Source: Octopus vulgaris (Eukaryota). Taken from it: DNA of 64,000 bases. Of this stretch, positions 14,128 through 27,589 are shown one piece after another. The notes under the pieces were generated by a model that was given only the letters and a program-made list of their open reading frames with translations, searched no databases and was not told the origin of the DNA. Position numbers and translations under genes: made by a program. The number at the start of each line of letters is the position of its first letter. Position 1 is the first letter of the stretch. The stretch lies in contig OX597836.1 in assembly GCA_951406725.2 (NCBI GenBank), positions 8,432,001 to 8,496,000 of the forward strand. Reading direction: 5' to 3'.

Positions 14128-15066
14128 AGGCGGCGAGCTGGCAGAATCGTTAGCACGCCGGGCGAAATGCGTAGCCGTATTTCGTCTGCCGTTACGTTCT
14201 GAGTTCAAATTCCGCCGAGGTCGACTTTGCCTTCATCCTTTCGGGGTCGATAAATTAAGTACCAGTTACGCACTGGGGTCGATGTAATCGACTTAATGTC
14301 CTTGTTTGTCCCCTCTATGTTTAGCCCCTTGTGGGCAATAAAGAAATAAGAATCGTTTGCACGCCGGGCGAAATGCATAGCCGTATTTCGTCTGCCGTTA
14401 CGTTCTGAGTTCAAATTCCGCCGAGGTCGACTTTGCCTTTCATCCTTTCGGGGTCGATAAATTAAGTACCAGTTACGCACTGGGGGCGATGTAATCGACT
14501 TAATATCCTTGTCTGTCCTTGTTTGTCCCCTCTATGTTTAGCCCCTTGTGGGTAATAAAGGAATAGAAATAGGTATCTCGTCTGCCGTTACGTTCTGAGT
14601 TCAAATTCCGCCGAGGTCGACTTTGCCTTTCATCCTTTCGGGGTCGATAAATTAAGTACCAGTTACGCACTGGGGTCGATGTAATCGACTTAACCCCTTT
14701 GTCTGTCCTTGTTTGTTCCCTCTATGTTTAGCCCCTTGTGGGTAATAAAGGAATAGAAATAGGTATTTCGTCTGCCGTTACGTTCTGAGTTCAAATTCCG
14801 CCGAGGTCGACTTTGCCTTTCGAGGTTCCTTGTTTGTTCCCTCTATGTTTAGCCCCTTGTGGGTAATAAAGGAATAGAAATAGGTATTTCGTCTGCCGTT
14901 ACGTTCTGAGTTCAAATTCCGCCGAGGTCGACTTTGCCTTTCATCCTTTCGGGGTCGATAAATTAAATACCAGTTACGCACTGGAGTCGATGTAATCGAC
15001 TTAATCTCCTTGTCTGTCCTTGTTTGCCCCCTCTATGTTTAGCCCCTTGTGGGCAATAAAGAAATA
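14128..15066 (+). mobile_element. Tandem array of ~5 SINE family 2 units
   Basis: Head ggcggcgagctggcagaatcg, B-box gagttcaaattcc, central gcctttcatcctttcggggtcgataaa repeated head-to-tail. Confidence 0.9.
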
Positions 15067-15589
15067 AGGTAAAGTATAAAAAGAGAGGAAAAAAATGGGA
15101 TCTCGACTCATTTCACAAACTTCCTTCTTGACTCGAATAAAACGAGGTGGCAAATCGAAGCGTTGAACACATCTGTTTGTTTATATCACCACAGGGAATC
15201 TATTGGCCAGAACAACCAACTTATACTTGAATTGCTTCCAAGAATTGCCAGAACTCTGCCAAAATATATAACCTTTGCTTTGGAAAGTCTTCACTGTTTA
15301 GCATCAAGAATTCGATTTTGTTATTAAACTATGAAGTGGCGGATGGAGTAGAGTAGATTGACGGTGGATTGGCGTAGCAAGGAAAAAAATTATAACAAAA
15401 CGGCGGATCGATTCGAACAAATTGCCTGACTACATTGGCTTTCTTTATGTTTTTGCGTTCAAGTCATACCGAGATCATCTTTATACTTTCATCTCTCTGG
15501 GAGAGAAAACCTTATCATCAGCAAGCCCTAGGGATTACCGTGTTGAGTCTTAGGATTCAAAGGGTCAGTTACCCTGTTACCATGGCATA

Positions 15590-15800
15590 TACGTGAGGTT
15601 ACTGAAAAGTTCCGGGCTTTGGGAACAGGAAGATCAGTTAATTATGATTTTATTCAATATATTCCCTGTCTTACGTTCGCAAACTTATTGTAGGGGTCCT
15701 TCAGCTTTTCTAAGCCTTGTGAAAGGACTCGGAAGGTTGGACCTCTAACCAGGCTTTTCGCGATACCCTTCAGGCTAGGGAGCTTTTCAGCACCCCTTTA
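15590..15800. mobile_element. mariner-type MITE (~210 bp)
   Basis: Imperfect TIRs ...ctgaaaagttcc / ...agcttttcagcacccc; sibling at 25094-25314. Confidence 0.7.
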
Positions 15801-15869
15801 GCACCATAATCTTTCATCAAATGAGATTGATGCACATGAAACTCTCAAGAATCTGATATATCGAGTGAG

Positions 15870-15900
<31 letters not shown>

Positions 15901-15903
15901 AAG

Positions 15904-16101
15904 TTAATCCAAACAAGAAAGCACAAAAAAACACAACAATGCGAGGACGTGGAACAAATATAGTATTATTGGACGCTCAGGAAAGAAGGAGGGTTTAACG
16001 TTTCGAGCGGAGCTCTTCGTCGGAAACATAGGAGAAGGAAAGATCCAGAGAAGGGAAGACAGAGGAAAAAAAAAATCGCCAACGGTACACACGCGGTCAC
16101 A
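15904..16101 (-). mobile_element. Family A element in (TA)n with HHR variant at 15993-16027
   Basis: GUUU-CCGACGA-A-GAGC(UCC)GCUC-GAAAC-GU-U-AAAC. Confidence 0.7.
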
Positions 16102-16817
16102 TTATATATATATACACACACGCGCACAAACAGACACACTGACAGACAAACACACAGAGAAATGCACACAGACACACACACACAAACACATACAGAAGTG
16201 CACACATACAAATACACACAGACATACCAGCGAAATTAATTGTTTTTGCGCAAAACCACAACACTTCGCCCTGTCTGGGAATCGAACCCACGATCTATCG
16301 CTAGTGAGTGCAACATCCTCACCGCTAGTCTACGTGCCTTCACTTACATTCATTACATTACTATGATTACTGCAAATATTATCCGTTCCGTATAACGTAT
16401 GTTTATAATTGCTAATCAGATTGCTGTTACTCAAGGACAGATTTCTAATTAGGTTTAAATATAGCTTTTGCATACCTAATTACTAATTAGTATTACAATT
16501 AACAAATATCAACGAGGTAAATATTTTGAAAGCGTTGTTGTCACACGAAAAGTAAAAAACGGTAAAAAAAAGAAAATATGGCTTCACGGTATTTCTTCCG
16601 TCTCTTTACAATTTGAGTACAAATTTCGCCGAAGTCAACTTAACTTGTCATCCTTTCGGGAACGATAAAATCAGAGTACGACTCAAGTACTAGAAACATT
16701 GGTATCAACTAGCTCCCATTTTCGCCCCTAAGTTTGCTGGACTTGTACCTAAATAAGAAACCATTATTATTATTATTAATATTATTATTATTATTATTAT
16801 CATTATTATTATTATTC

Positions 16818-17635
16818 AGTAGTTTTATTTTTATTTTTATAGCGTGCTTTCACTTCACTACCGAGCGCAGCTCTGTGTGCCTTGGGTATGTGCTGTGATT
16901 TGTTGTGATGCTCTGATGGTTATTGTATGGAAAGTGTTCTGCGTAGGATGTGGGCAGTGCCTAGTAGTGCAATTTTCTGTATGTTATATGTGTTTGTAAG
17001 TCCTGGTGTTTTTGTTATGTATTTGTCTGAATATTTTTTTATCATGCCTAATGCACCTACTATGATAGGAATTGTTTCTGTTTTCAGATTCCACATTCTA
17101 GTTACCTCTATTTCCAGGTCTTTGTATTTTGAGAGTTTCTCCATTTCTTTTAGAGACACGTTGTCATCTGCCGGTATTGATACATCAATTAAAAAGCATT
17201 TTTTTCTTCATGATCTCTGACAACTATATCTGGTCTGTTGGCCTTAATTTCTCTATCTGTGTGTATCGGCATATCCCAGAGTATGGTTGCTTTCTCGTTT
17301 TCTGTGACCTTTTCTGGTGTGTGCCTATACCATCTTTTTTCTGTTGTTATTCCATAATGTTGGCATAGCTTCCAATGTATGTAAGTTCCAACTCTGTCAT
17401 GTCTGTGAATATATTCCTTCTTAGCCAGGACTGGGCAGCTAGAGATAATATGATTTATTGTTTCTTGTCCATCTCCACATATTCTGCAGTTACTTGTAAT
17501 ATTTCTTTTCATTACATGTTTTTGGTAATTTCTGGTGGGGAGGCTTTGGTCTTGTGCTGCAATTAAAAATCCCTCTGTTTCTGCTTTGAGTCCTGAGCTT
17601 CTCAACCATTGCTGGGATTTTTCTTTGTCTATTTC

Positions 17636-17636
<1 letters not shown>
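16818..17636 (-). mobile_element. 5'-truncated R4/Dong-clade non-LTR retrotransposon (RLE domain plus 3' UTR)
   Basis: AAQDQ, CRIC...HIISSC knuckle, RHD, NRPDI...IDV, EKLSKY, IIVGALG. One frameshift in the T-run near 17200; stop at 16920; (TTA)n on both sides, the known Dong target. Confidence 0.92.
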
Positions 17637-17694
<58 letters not shown>

Positions 17695-17696
<2 letters not shown>

Positions 17697-18036
17697 GAGT
17701 GAGAGAGCAGTGCATGCCATCAAAGTGACACTGGGGTAACCACTCATGTTTCCAAAGGTAAATTATCCAAACCCACAGAATCCCTCTCAACACATGGCTA
17801 TGATGCTCCCCCACTACTTCTGCTCGTGATCAGAGATGCACATATCGTCAGCCACCAAGGGACATGCTCAACTGGTTAAGATCAAACAACTGACAAGCAA
17901 ATCTCTGCTATTGAGCAGAATATTTGCTGTAGCCCATCTTTTTATACCAAGACAAAACAATGTACATGATAACACTTCCAATCAGTTAAGATCAGAAGCC
18001 ATGAGAGCCACTGCCTGGTACTGCATCAGGGCATTT
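17695..18036 (-). mobile_element. (TAA)n-targeted ~550-bp element, internally deleted copy
   Basis: Same termini as 22013-22568 and 22805-23364. Confidence 0.8.
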
Positions 18037-18055
18037 ATTATTATTATTATTATCA

Positions 18056-18129
<74 letters not shown>

Positions 18130-18131
<2 letters not shown>

Positions 18132-18382
18132 GAAAATGAAGAGCGCGATTCGATTGTAATATATATTTTATTGGTTCAACGATATTTGAACAGTACGTCT
18201 GTCTTTATCAAGTTCAAAATAACAAGTGATAAAAATTCAAAATTACAGAAATTACGTTTAAATGTCCGTAATTTCGAATTTTTATCACTTCTTATTTTGA
18301 ACTTGACAAAGACAGACGTACTGCTGAAATATCGTTCAACCAATAAAATATCTTACAATTGAATCGCTCTCTTCGTTTTAAT
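18130..18382. mobile_element. ~250-bp imperfect palindrome carrying U3-A8 HHR motifs
   Basis: Arms are reverse complements centred near 18258; HHR at 18299-18337 (+) and a decayed mirror at 18177-18215 (-). Confidence 0.75.
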
Positions 18383-18706
18383 AATAATATTATTATTATT
18401 GTGATATATCCACATTATGTACAAATTACTTGTTTTGAGTAAATAGTATGTAAATGTCACAGATAAAAGTTTAATTTGATAAATTAACAATAATTATAGA
18501 TTTATTGGTTAAATTAAAATACGAAAAATTCGTATAAAAAAACCTAAGTCGCTTAGTAAAAACTAGAAAATAAAACTATTAATTAAATAACATTATTTCA
18601 GTTAAAACATTAATTAATATACATTGCTTTTAATTTCCATTATATATTGTCTAATTACTTGTTTGTTGCAATTTTTATGTATTATATAATACTTATAATA
18701 TATATA

Positions 18707-18995
18707 GCCTTGTGAGTGGATATGGTAGACGGAAACTGAAAGAAGCCCATCGTATATATGTATATGTATATATATATATATGTGTGTGTGTTTGTGTGTC
18801 TGTGTTTGTCCCCCCAACATCGCTTGAGAACTGATGCTGGTGTGTTTACGTCCCCATAACTTAGCGGTTCGGCAAAAGAGCCGATAGAATAAGTACAAGA
18901 CTTCCATAGAATAAGTCTTAGGATCGATTTGCTCGACTAAAGGCGGTGCTCCAGCATGGCCGCAGTCAAATGACTGAAACAAGTAAAAGCGTAAA
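18707..18995 (+). mobile_element. SINE family 1, 5' truncated (diverged relative at ~19095-19290)
   Basis: Match to the other family 1 copies. Confidence 0.85.
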
Positions 18996-19648
18996 GAGAA
19001 AGAGTACACACACACACACATACACACACATGTATGTATGTATGTATGTATGTATGTATGTATGTATGTATGTATGTATGTATGTATTTATGTGTGTGTC
19101 TGTGTTCGTCTCCCACTACTGCTCGACTACCCCCGTGTTGGTGTGTTTGCATCTCCGTAATTTAGCGGTTCGGCAAAAGTGAGCGATGGAATAAGTACCA
19201 CGCTTCAAAAAAAAAAAAAAGTCCTTGGGTTGATTTGTTCGACAAAACATCCCTTCAATGCGGTGTCTCAGCCTGGCCGCAGTGAAACACGACAGAGACA
19301 CGTATTAGATTAAAACAACAGAACGTATAGCAAATACACTAATATTGGTTTTGTGTCATCATTTCTCGGTTCTTGACCTCTGTCTTGTCATCATTTCTTT
19401 TTTACTCCAATGGTCGTTGCTCTAAATTTCGTTATTTGTTGGTTTGTTGAGTAAATGATTGGTTCAGCACTTTGAAGGTAATTTGCTTCATGTTTAAACG
19501 AATTAAGTCGTGTTATGTGTTGGACGCCTATGGCTAATTCTTATGTAGGTGTCTGTGTATATATATGTGTATATGCAATGTGTACTTATATATATATGTG
19601 TATGTATGTATGTATGTATGTATGTATGTATGTATGTATGTATGTATG

Positions 19649-19708
<60 letters not shown>

Positions 19709-19762
19709 CATACACATAAATACATCTACATGCACACGCACATATATGTGTGTATATATTTA

Positions 19763-19797
<35 letters not shown>

Positions 19798-20686
19798 GTG
19801 TGCGCGTACACATACATATATATGTTTGTGTGTGTGTATATATGTAATTATGTATGTATATATGTATAACATATCGCAAAAATACATCCACATACCCGTA
19901 TACATATTTACATAAAAATAAGTATACACATTTACTCACACGCATACATGTATGTGTACAGGCATACACAGATTCACAATACATACATGCATGCATACAT
20001 ACATACATACATACATACATACATACATACATACATACATACATACATACATGCATGCATGTATGCATGCATACATACATACATACATACATACATACAT
20101 ACATACATACATACATACATACATACATACATACATACATACATACATACATACATACATACATACATACATACATACAAGCATGCATGCATGCATACAT
20201 ACACACATACATACATACATACATACATACATACATACATACATACATACATACATACATACATACATACATACATACATAGGGAGACTTTTAATGAGAA
20301 AATGAACGTAAATGAATAAGATAGGGAACGGGATAAACATCTATGAAAGGCAAGTGAGAAAGACAGACAGATAAAAAGAACGTTTGAAAGTGAGAGACTA
20401 AGACAATGAGTCAGGGAAACTAAGGTAAAGCTATTACTACGCTATGCAATCGAGAGGACTATTTTCAATGGAGCAGACGATATCTAATGGAAGCCGAAGA
20501 CTATTAACAAAAACATAAAACGGAAATGAGTTCTGGTAGTTGTAAAACATTAGGCTAGTCGTCAGAAATAAGCAACAGGTAATCTATCAAATGGCAAGTT
20601 ATATTTACCTTTCTGATTACTTTCATTCTCTGTCGACGCCATTGTCTTTCATGACCTACTTTCTTTGTGAAGTTTCGTGTGCGTGC

Positions 20687-20731
<45 letters not shown>

Positions 20732-21089
20732 AATGCGTGTATGTCTGTGTCTGTGGTTGTATGCGTGCGTATGCATGTGTGAGTGTGTATGCATGAATGT
20801 ATGTTCGGCATCTTCGTGTGTGTATGTATGTAGAGCTGTATGTATATACGTATATGTGTATGTATGCATTTTTGTGACGTAGGTGTATACGTGCACATAA
20901 GTATGCAAGTATATGCTTACACACGCGCGCACGCACACACATAGACACACACATACACACACATATTGGTGTGTATGTCTATCTATCTTCCTCTTTCTCA
21001 CTGTCTTTTTCTTTATCTGTCTATCTGTCTGTTTGTCTGTCTGTCTCACCCTCTCTCTATATATACATAAACACACACACATATATTTC

Positions 21090-21565
<476 letters not shown>

Positions 21566-21814
21566 ACATATGTATAAATATGTATTTGCTTACACACATA
21601 CATACATGCATGCATACATATATACATGCATACGTGTGAGTGTAGATAAATATATACAAAGAGTGAATTAGAGAGAGAGAGAGAGAGAGGTGGGGTGGAG
21701 AGAAATTGATAGAGAGCTAGAATCGATAAAAAAGTGGTATACGAACATATTTTAACTTTCTTGAACTAATTTTTGTTATTTGTTGAAATGAAATAATTTT
21801 ATGCAATCAAATTT

Positions 21815-22012
21815 CTGTTTTATATTTAAGAGATGAGGAATTACGTACATTATTTACATTATTTACATTCGACGGATATTTGTTCTCATCTTGTTTGTTG
21901 TTAACACAACGTTTCGGCTGATATACCCTCCAGCCTTCTTCAGGTGTCTTGGGGAAATTTCGAACCTGGGTTCTCATTCCTAAGCTATTTTTCGATGTTA
22001 TTATTATTATTA
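21815..22012 (-). mobile_element. PLE-like family C element with intact HHR at 21903-21948
   Basis: GACAC-CUGAAGA-A-GGCUG(GAGGGUAUAU)CAGCC-GAAAC-GU-U-GUGUU; near-identical to 44975-45160. Confidence 0.8.
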
Positions 22013-22568
22013 TTGAGTGAGAGAGCAGTTCATGCCATCAAAGTGACACTGGGGTAAAATATACAAAGCCTAATATACCCATCATGACTACCCGTCTGAT
22101 AAAGGTACACCAGGCACATGCATCACAACCATATGTGCGCGACATGGTAATCTCATATCAAGATAAACAGCACATGACCTTGCAGGTGGGGCCCAGTTAG
22201 AATTTTCTTCAGGTTGAGTAGCCCATCCTGCTCAAACGGTCCCTGAATAAGGGTTGTTTAAGGATGTTGAAAGAACCACCCATGTTTCCAGAGGTTAATT
22301 ATCCAAACCCCAAAGAATCCCTCTCAACACATGGCTATGATGCTCCCCCACTACTTCTGCTCGTGATCAGAGATGCACGTGTCCTCAGCCACTAAGGGAC
22401 ATGCTCAACTGGTTAAGGTCAAACAACTGACAAGCAAATCTGTGGTATTGAGCAGAATATTTGCTGTAGCCCATCTTTTATACCAAGACAAAACAATGTA
22501 CATGATAACACTTCCAATCAGTTAAGATCAGAAGCCATGAGAGCCTCTGCCTGGTACTGCATCAGGGC
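22013..22568 (-). mobile_element. (TAA)n-targeted ~550-bp non-coding element
   Basis: Bounded by (TTA)n; inverted sibling at 22805-23364. Confidence 0.85.
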
Positions 22569-22649
<81 letters not shown>

Positions 22650-22650
<1 letters not shown>

Positions 22651-22724
22651 GTCTCTTGTTGTCTCTTGAGGTCTCTGGGTGAGACTTGGAGCCAGCCTGT
22701 GCAAATGTAAAGCAAAAGTCAAAC

Positions 22725-22728
<4 letters not shown>
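22650..22728 (+). mobile_element. Short 3'-end fragment, probably Dong/R4-like
   Basis: ~78 bp lying between (TTA)n and a (TAA)n tail; family assignment is inference. Confidence 0.4.
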
Positions 22729-22804
<76 letters not shown>

Positions 22805-22807
<3 letters not shown>

Positions 22808-23364
22808 TGCCCTGATGCAGTACCAGGCAGTGGCTCTCGTGGCTTCTAATCTTAACTGATTGGAAGTGTTATCATGTACATTGTTTTGTCTTGGTATAAA
22901 AGATGGGCTACAGCAAATATTCTGCTCAATACCACAGACTTGCTTGTCAGTTGTTTAACCTCAACCAGTTGAGCATGTCCCTTGGTGACTGACGATATGT
23001 GCATCTCTGATCATGAGCAGAAGTAGTGGGGGAGCATCATAGCCGTGTGTTGAGAGGGATTCTTTGGGGTTTGAATAATTCACCTCTGGAAACATGGGTG
23101 TTTCGTTCAACATCCTTAAACAACCCTTATTCAGGGACCTTTCGAGTGGGATGGGTTACTCGACCTGAAGAAAATTCTAACTGGGCCCCACCTGCAAGGT
23201 CATTCACTGTTTGTCTTGATATGAGATCACCATGTCGCGCACATATGGTTGTGATGCATGTGCCTGGTGTACCCTTATCAGGCGGGTAGTTATGATGGGT
23301 ATACTGGGCTTCGTATATTTGTACCCCAGTGTCATTTTGATGGCATGCACTGCTCTCTCACTCA
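22805..23364 (+). mobile_element. (TAA)n-targeted ~550-bp non-coding element
   Basis: Starts aaatgccctgatgcagtaccaggca, ends gctctctcactc(aat)n. Confidence 0.85.
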
Positions 23365-24001
23365 ATAATAATAATAAATGTAGATAGATAGATACGCAGA
23401 AAGACACGTACGTGCACGCACACACACACACACACATAGATATAAAGAGATATATAGAAACGTACATATGTCTATATATATGTACATGCATCTATCTATT
23501 TATCTATTTCTATCTCTGTATACATAGGTATATATGTACATGAGTATGTATGCATGTATGTGTGTATGTACGTATGTATGTATTTATGTATTTATGTGTG
23601 AGTGTATAAATATTCTTACATTTATATGTAGCAAAACGTGTGTATAAATATGCGTGTATTTTTTATGAATGTGTCTGTGTGTCGGCGGGGAAAGAAAAAA
23701 AGCGAAACCCGCATTCACAGCATGTATTTAAAACGTGTTTCGAATATTAAGCCTAAACATAGATTATTCTAATAGATTTCCTTTGGAAAAGCTTTTAAAA
23801 TCCATTTTCGGAATCTGTTTACAGAATTTGTTATTTATAAATACAAGAAGCACGTTATGTAATATGTTGGCTAAATATAGATTGGACGCATGCACACACA
23901 TGCACGCATATGCATATAAGTGTGCAAACAAAATAACGAAGTACTCAATACGTTGTAATTTGCAATAAATGCTCAATGGCCTACGAAACTCCGAGTATGC
24001 A

Positions 24002-24096
<95 letters not shown>

Positions 24097-24369
24097 ATGT
24101 CTGTCTGTCTGTCTTCCTGCCTGCCTGCCTACCTACCTGCCTGCCTGTCTGTCTGTCTGTCTGTCTACTTACCTACCTACCTACCTACCTATCCATCTGT
24201 CTGTCTCTCTCTCTCGGTCTGTTTATCTATCTGTCTGTCTGTCCGTCCCTATATATATATATATATTTGCATATACATATATATATATATGTATATGCAT
24301 GTATATACACCCATTCGTTCATCCACACATGCGCGCACACACACACACACACACATCCAAGAGAATGTA

Positions 24370-24635
24370 AAGAATGGAAAAGGCTAGAAAACTACATACG
24401 TTTCATAGCTAAACACTAACCTGTAACACACAACGCACGCAAAACCTTTTTAGCTTATTCTTCAGGTCTGATTACCTTCGAGTTGTTGACGTCGTCTCGT
24501 GGGGATATATAAACAGCAGAAAGTAATCAAACCTGAGGATTAGCCAAACAGGTTTTGCGTGTGCTACTAATTATGTAACAAATATTGTTTAGCTATGAAA
24601 CATACGTAGTTTTCTTACCATTTCCATACCTTGGA
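24370..24635. mobile_element. Inverted pair of PLE-like termini, each with a long-stem-II HHR
   Basis: Plus 24529-24612: AAAC-CUGAGGA-UUAGC...GCUAU-GAAAC-AUAC-GU-A-GUUU. Minus mirror 24389-24469 has CUGAAGA. Confidence 0.72.
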
Positions 24636-24869
24636 ATTTTAGCAATTTTAATTACTGAACCGTGAGTTGTATAACGACTGTCATCTAATCGAACTTTCCA
24701 TTTATTTCAATATGGAGCGAAGAGTATAACACTATGGCTATTAAACTTTACTATGTCACTGCCTATCTCCTCAGACAATTTAGGTTCTCGCTGGTGGCAA
24801 ATATAAAATATCTTCTAAGTGAGAACATATAGGTGCCGCCGCTTAGTCAGTTCAGGTCATGTGAATTAA

Positions 24870-25402
24870 TTGGTAAAAGAAGGAGTCCGTCAAGGTGGTG
24901 TTATCACACCGAAGTTCTTTACAGCAGGCCAAGAAGAATCAGTTATTTGCAAGATGGGTTAAGAATGAAGAAGAGTGAAGATTAACAAGGAATTTCTGAA
25001 TCATTTGAAATTTGGAAATAATATTCTTTTCTTCCAGTTGCACGATATTCTCACCAAAAAGCAGTCGACCAAAATTTTAATTTGGAGAAAATATACGAAA
25101 GGGTGCTGAAAAGTTCCTGGTTTTGGGTAAAAGAAAACACAGGAGGATCAGTTAATTGTCGTTTTATTGAATATATTCCCCCTTTCAGATTCACACACTT
25201 ATTGCAGCGGTCCTTCAGTTTTTCTAAGCCCTGTAAAGAACTCGGAAGGTTGGTCCTCCAACCATGCTTTTTGCGATGCCCTTAAAGCCAGGAATTTTTC
25301 TGCACACCCACGCACAGTATATAATAGAAAGCGAAAAACTAGATGAAAAAATCGATAGCAAAACAATTCAGAAGATCGATCATTATATCTACTTAGGTCA
25401 AT
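24870..25402 (+). pseudogene. Fossil RTE-type reverse transcriptase fragment interrupted by a MITE
   Basis: KEGVRQGGVITPKFFTA...INKEFLNHLKFGNNIL (decayed FADD), resuming as IQKIDHYIYLGQ after the MITE. Confidence 0.75.
25094..25314. mobile_element. mariner-type MITE
   Basis: TIRs gggtgctgaaaagttcctggttt / aaagccaggaatttttctgcacaccc. Confidence 0.72.
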
Positions 25403-25559
25403 GCAGGTCAGCAATACCATCGGAGGCTATAGTAGAAAACACGAGCCAAAGGTGCCACACAAGAGCAAATTTCTGCCAAGGTCAGCAGTCCTCGCCGAGG
25501 TTAACACCCGTTGAGGTTGGCTTGGCTTTCATCCTTTTGGGTTATATATATATATATAT

Positions 25560-25943
25560 CTTTTACTCTTTTACTTGTTTCAGTCATTTGACTGTGGCCA
25601 TGCTGGAGCAAATCGACCCCAGGACTTATTCTTAGGAAACCTAGTACTTATTCTATCAGTCTTTTTTGCCGAACCGCTAAGTTACGGGGACATAATCACA
25701 CCAGCATCAGTTGTCAAGCAATGCTAGGGGGACAAACACACACACACACACACCCACACACACACACACGCGCGCGCATATATATATATAAATACATATA
25801 TACGACGGGCTTCCGTCTCACAGGCTTTGGTCGGCCCGAGGCCATAGTAGGAGACACTTGCCCAAGGTGCCACGCAGTGGGACTGAACTCGGAACCATGT
25901 GGTTGGTAAGCAAGCTACTTACCACACAGCCACTCCTGCGCCT
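25560..25943 (-). mobile_element. SINE family 1
   Basis: Full length with small deletions. Confidence 0.88.
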
Positions 25944-26762
25944 ATATATATATATTTATATATCGATTCAGAGCAGTTGATTGGTGGAATTTTTAGTGTC
26001 CAACCAGATATAATGCGGTATTTGTTTCGATTATTTGCGTTCTGAGTTCAAATCACAGTATGGCCTACATGAGTAGTGGACTTAACAAAGGGGCACGCTG
26101 GAAGAGTTGTTAGAGCGTCCGATAAGATAGACTGCCTTGAGATATTTCTTCCGACACACTACGTCCTATGTTCAAATTCCTGCCTTCCATCCATTCGGAG
26201 ATCAAAGTAATATTATTAACAAGAGCACTCAGAGAGTTCAAACCTCCGCCAACGCAACACCAACGTCCTCTCAACGATAAGCTGGAGATGATTTTTAAAA
26301 TGAGAATATCTGAAATAAACTCGATTGCTCTCACAAACGAGTCCTCCCAGGTCGTATGGGAGAGTGCTGGAGAAGGTTCACATGCACAGAAGAAGACGAA
26401 TAAATGTACAATATGTATGTATAGGTGAAAGGCTATGAAGGCCGTTTCAAAATGACGAGTCCCTGATTGGATCCCACTGTGTGGTACCTGAAGCAAATGT
26501 CTTTTGTTATATCTCCATTTCGACCCAAGATTTACTCGAGTATATATCCCAAGACTAACCATGTTAACCGAAATTCCAGTAATCTAATTAAAGTGAGCAA
26601 GGGAGAGCAGGGCCCTCCCAGGTAGTACAGAAAGTGCTAGATGGGGTTCCCATGCACAGGACTTGTCTAAGGGCAGATCACCGCCAGAGAGTACTATTTA
26701 TGCTTGTACAGTATAGTGACGGTTTGTTGAGCCTGTATATGTTGTATCTATCCAGTCGACCG

Positions 26763-27110
26763 CGAAGGCACATGGCTCACTGGTTAGAGCGTCGGGTTCA
26801 CAATCATGAGGTAGTGAGTCCGATTCCCGGACCGGGCTGTATGATGTGTTCTTGAGCAAGACACTTTATTTCACTTTGCTCCAGTTCACTCATCTGTAGA
26901 AATGAGTTATGATGTCACAGGTGCCAAGCTGTATCGGCCCCTTTACCTTTCCCATAGATAACATCAGTGGTGTGGAGAAGGGAGGTTAGTATGCATGGGC
27001 GACTGCTGGTCTTCCATAAACAACCTTTCCCGTACTTGTGCCTCGGAGGGGGACCTTTCTAGGTGCAACCCCATGGTCATTCATGACCGAAGGGGCTCTT
27101 TACCCTTTAT
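26763..27110 (+). mobile_element. tRNA-derived SINE (family 3-related head, different tail)
   Basis: tggctcactggttagagcg...gagtccgattccc; sibling at 62986-63303. Confidence 0.8.
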
Positions 27111-27522
27111 CCAGTCAACCACATTGGATTACAATAAACAATACCGTTGCATATCTGTACTGCACAGTGACATCTTGTTGACGCCGTATATGTCCCTAGA
27201 CGCTTTTACATCTGACCAATGGTTCTCAACCGGAGGTATTTTTAGGGGTCCACAGTAGTATTTTAAGAGATCCACAGTAGCACTTTAAGGGTCCATGAAT
27301 AATTTTTCCTTTTAGAAGTATGTTTTGCATGAAACAGCAATATATATTTCTTTCTCGCTGGTTTTACTCGGTTCAACATGTTAACCAGCTCAAGAAATCG
27401 ACTCCCACAGGACCTATTCTTTGTAAGCCTAGTACTTATTCTATCGGTCTTTTTTTGCCGAACCGCTAAACACACCAACATCGGTGTCAAGCGATGGTGG
27501 GGGTACAAACACAAACACACAA

Positions 27523-27589
<67 letters not shown>

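Noticed and set aside
14128-15066. CRISPR-like regular repeats
   Set aside because: Long SINE units without unique spacers, eukaryotic context, no cas genes.
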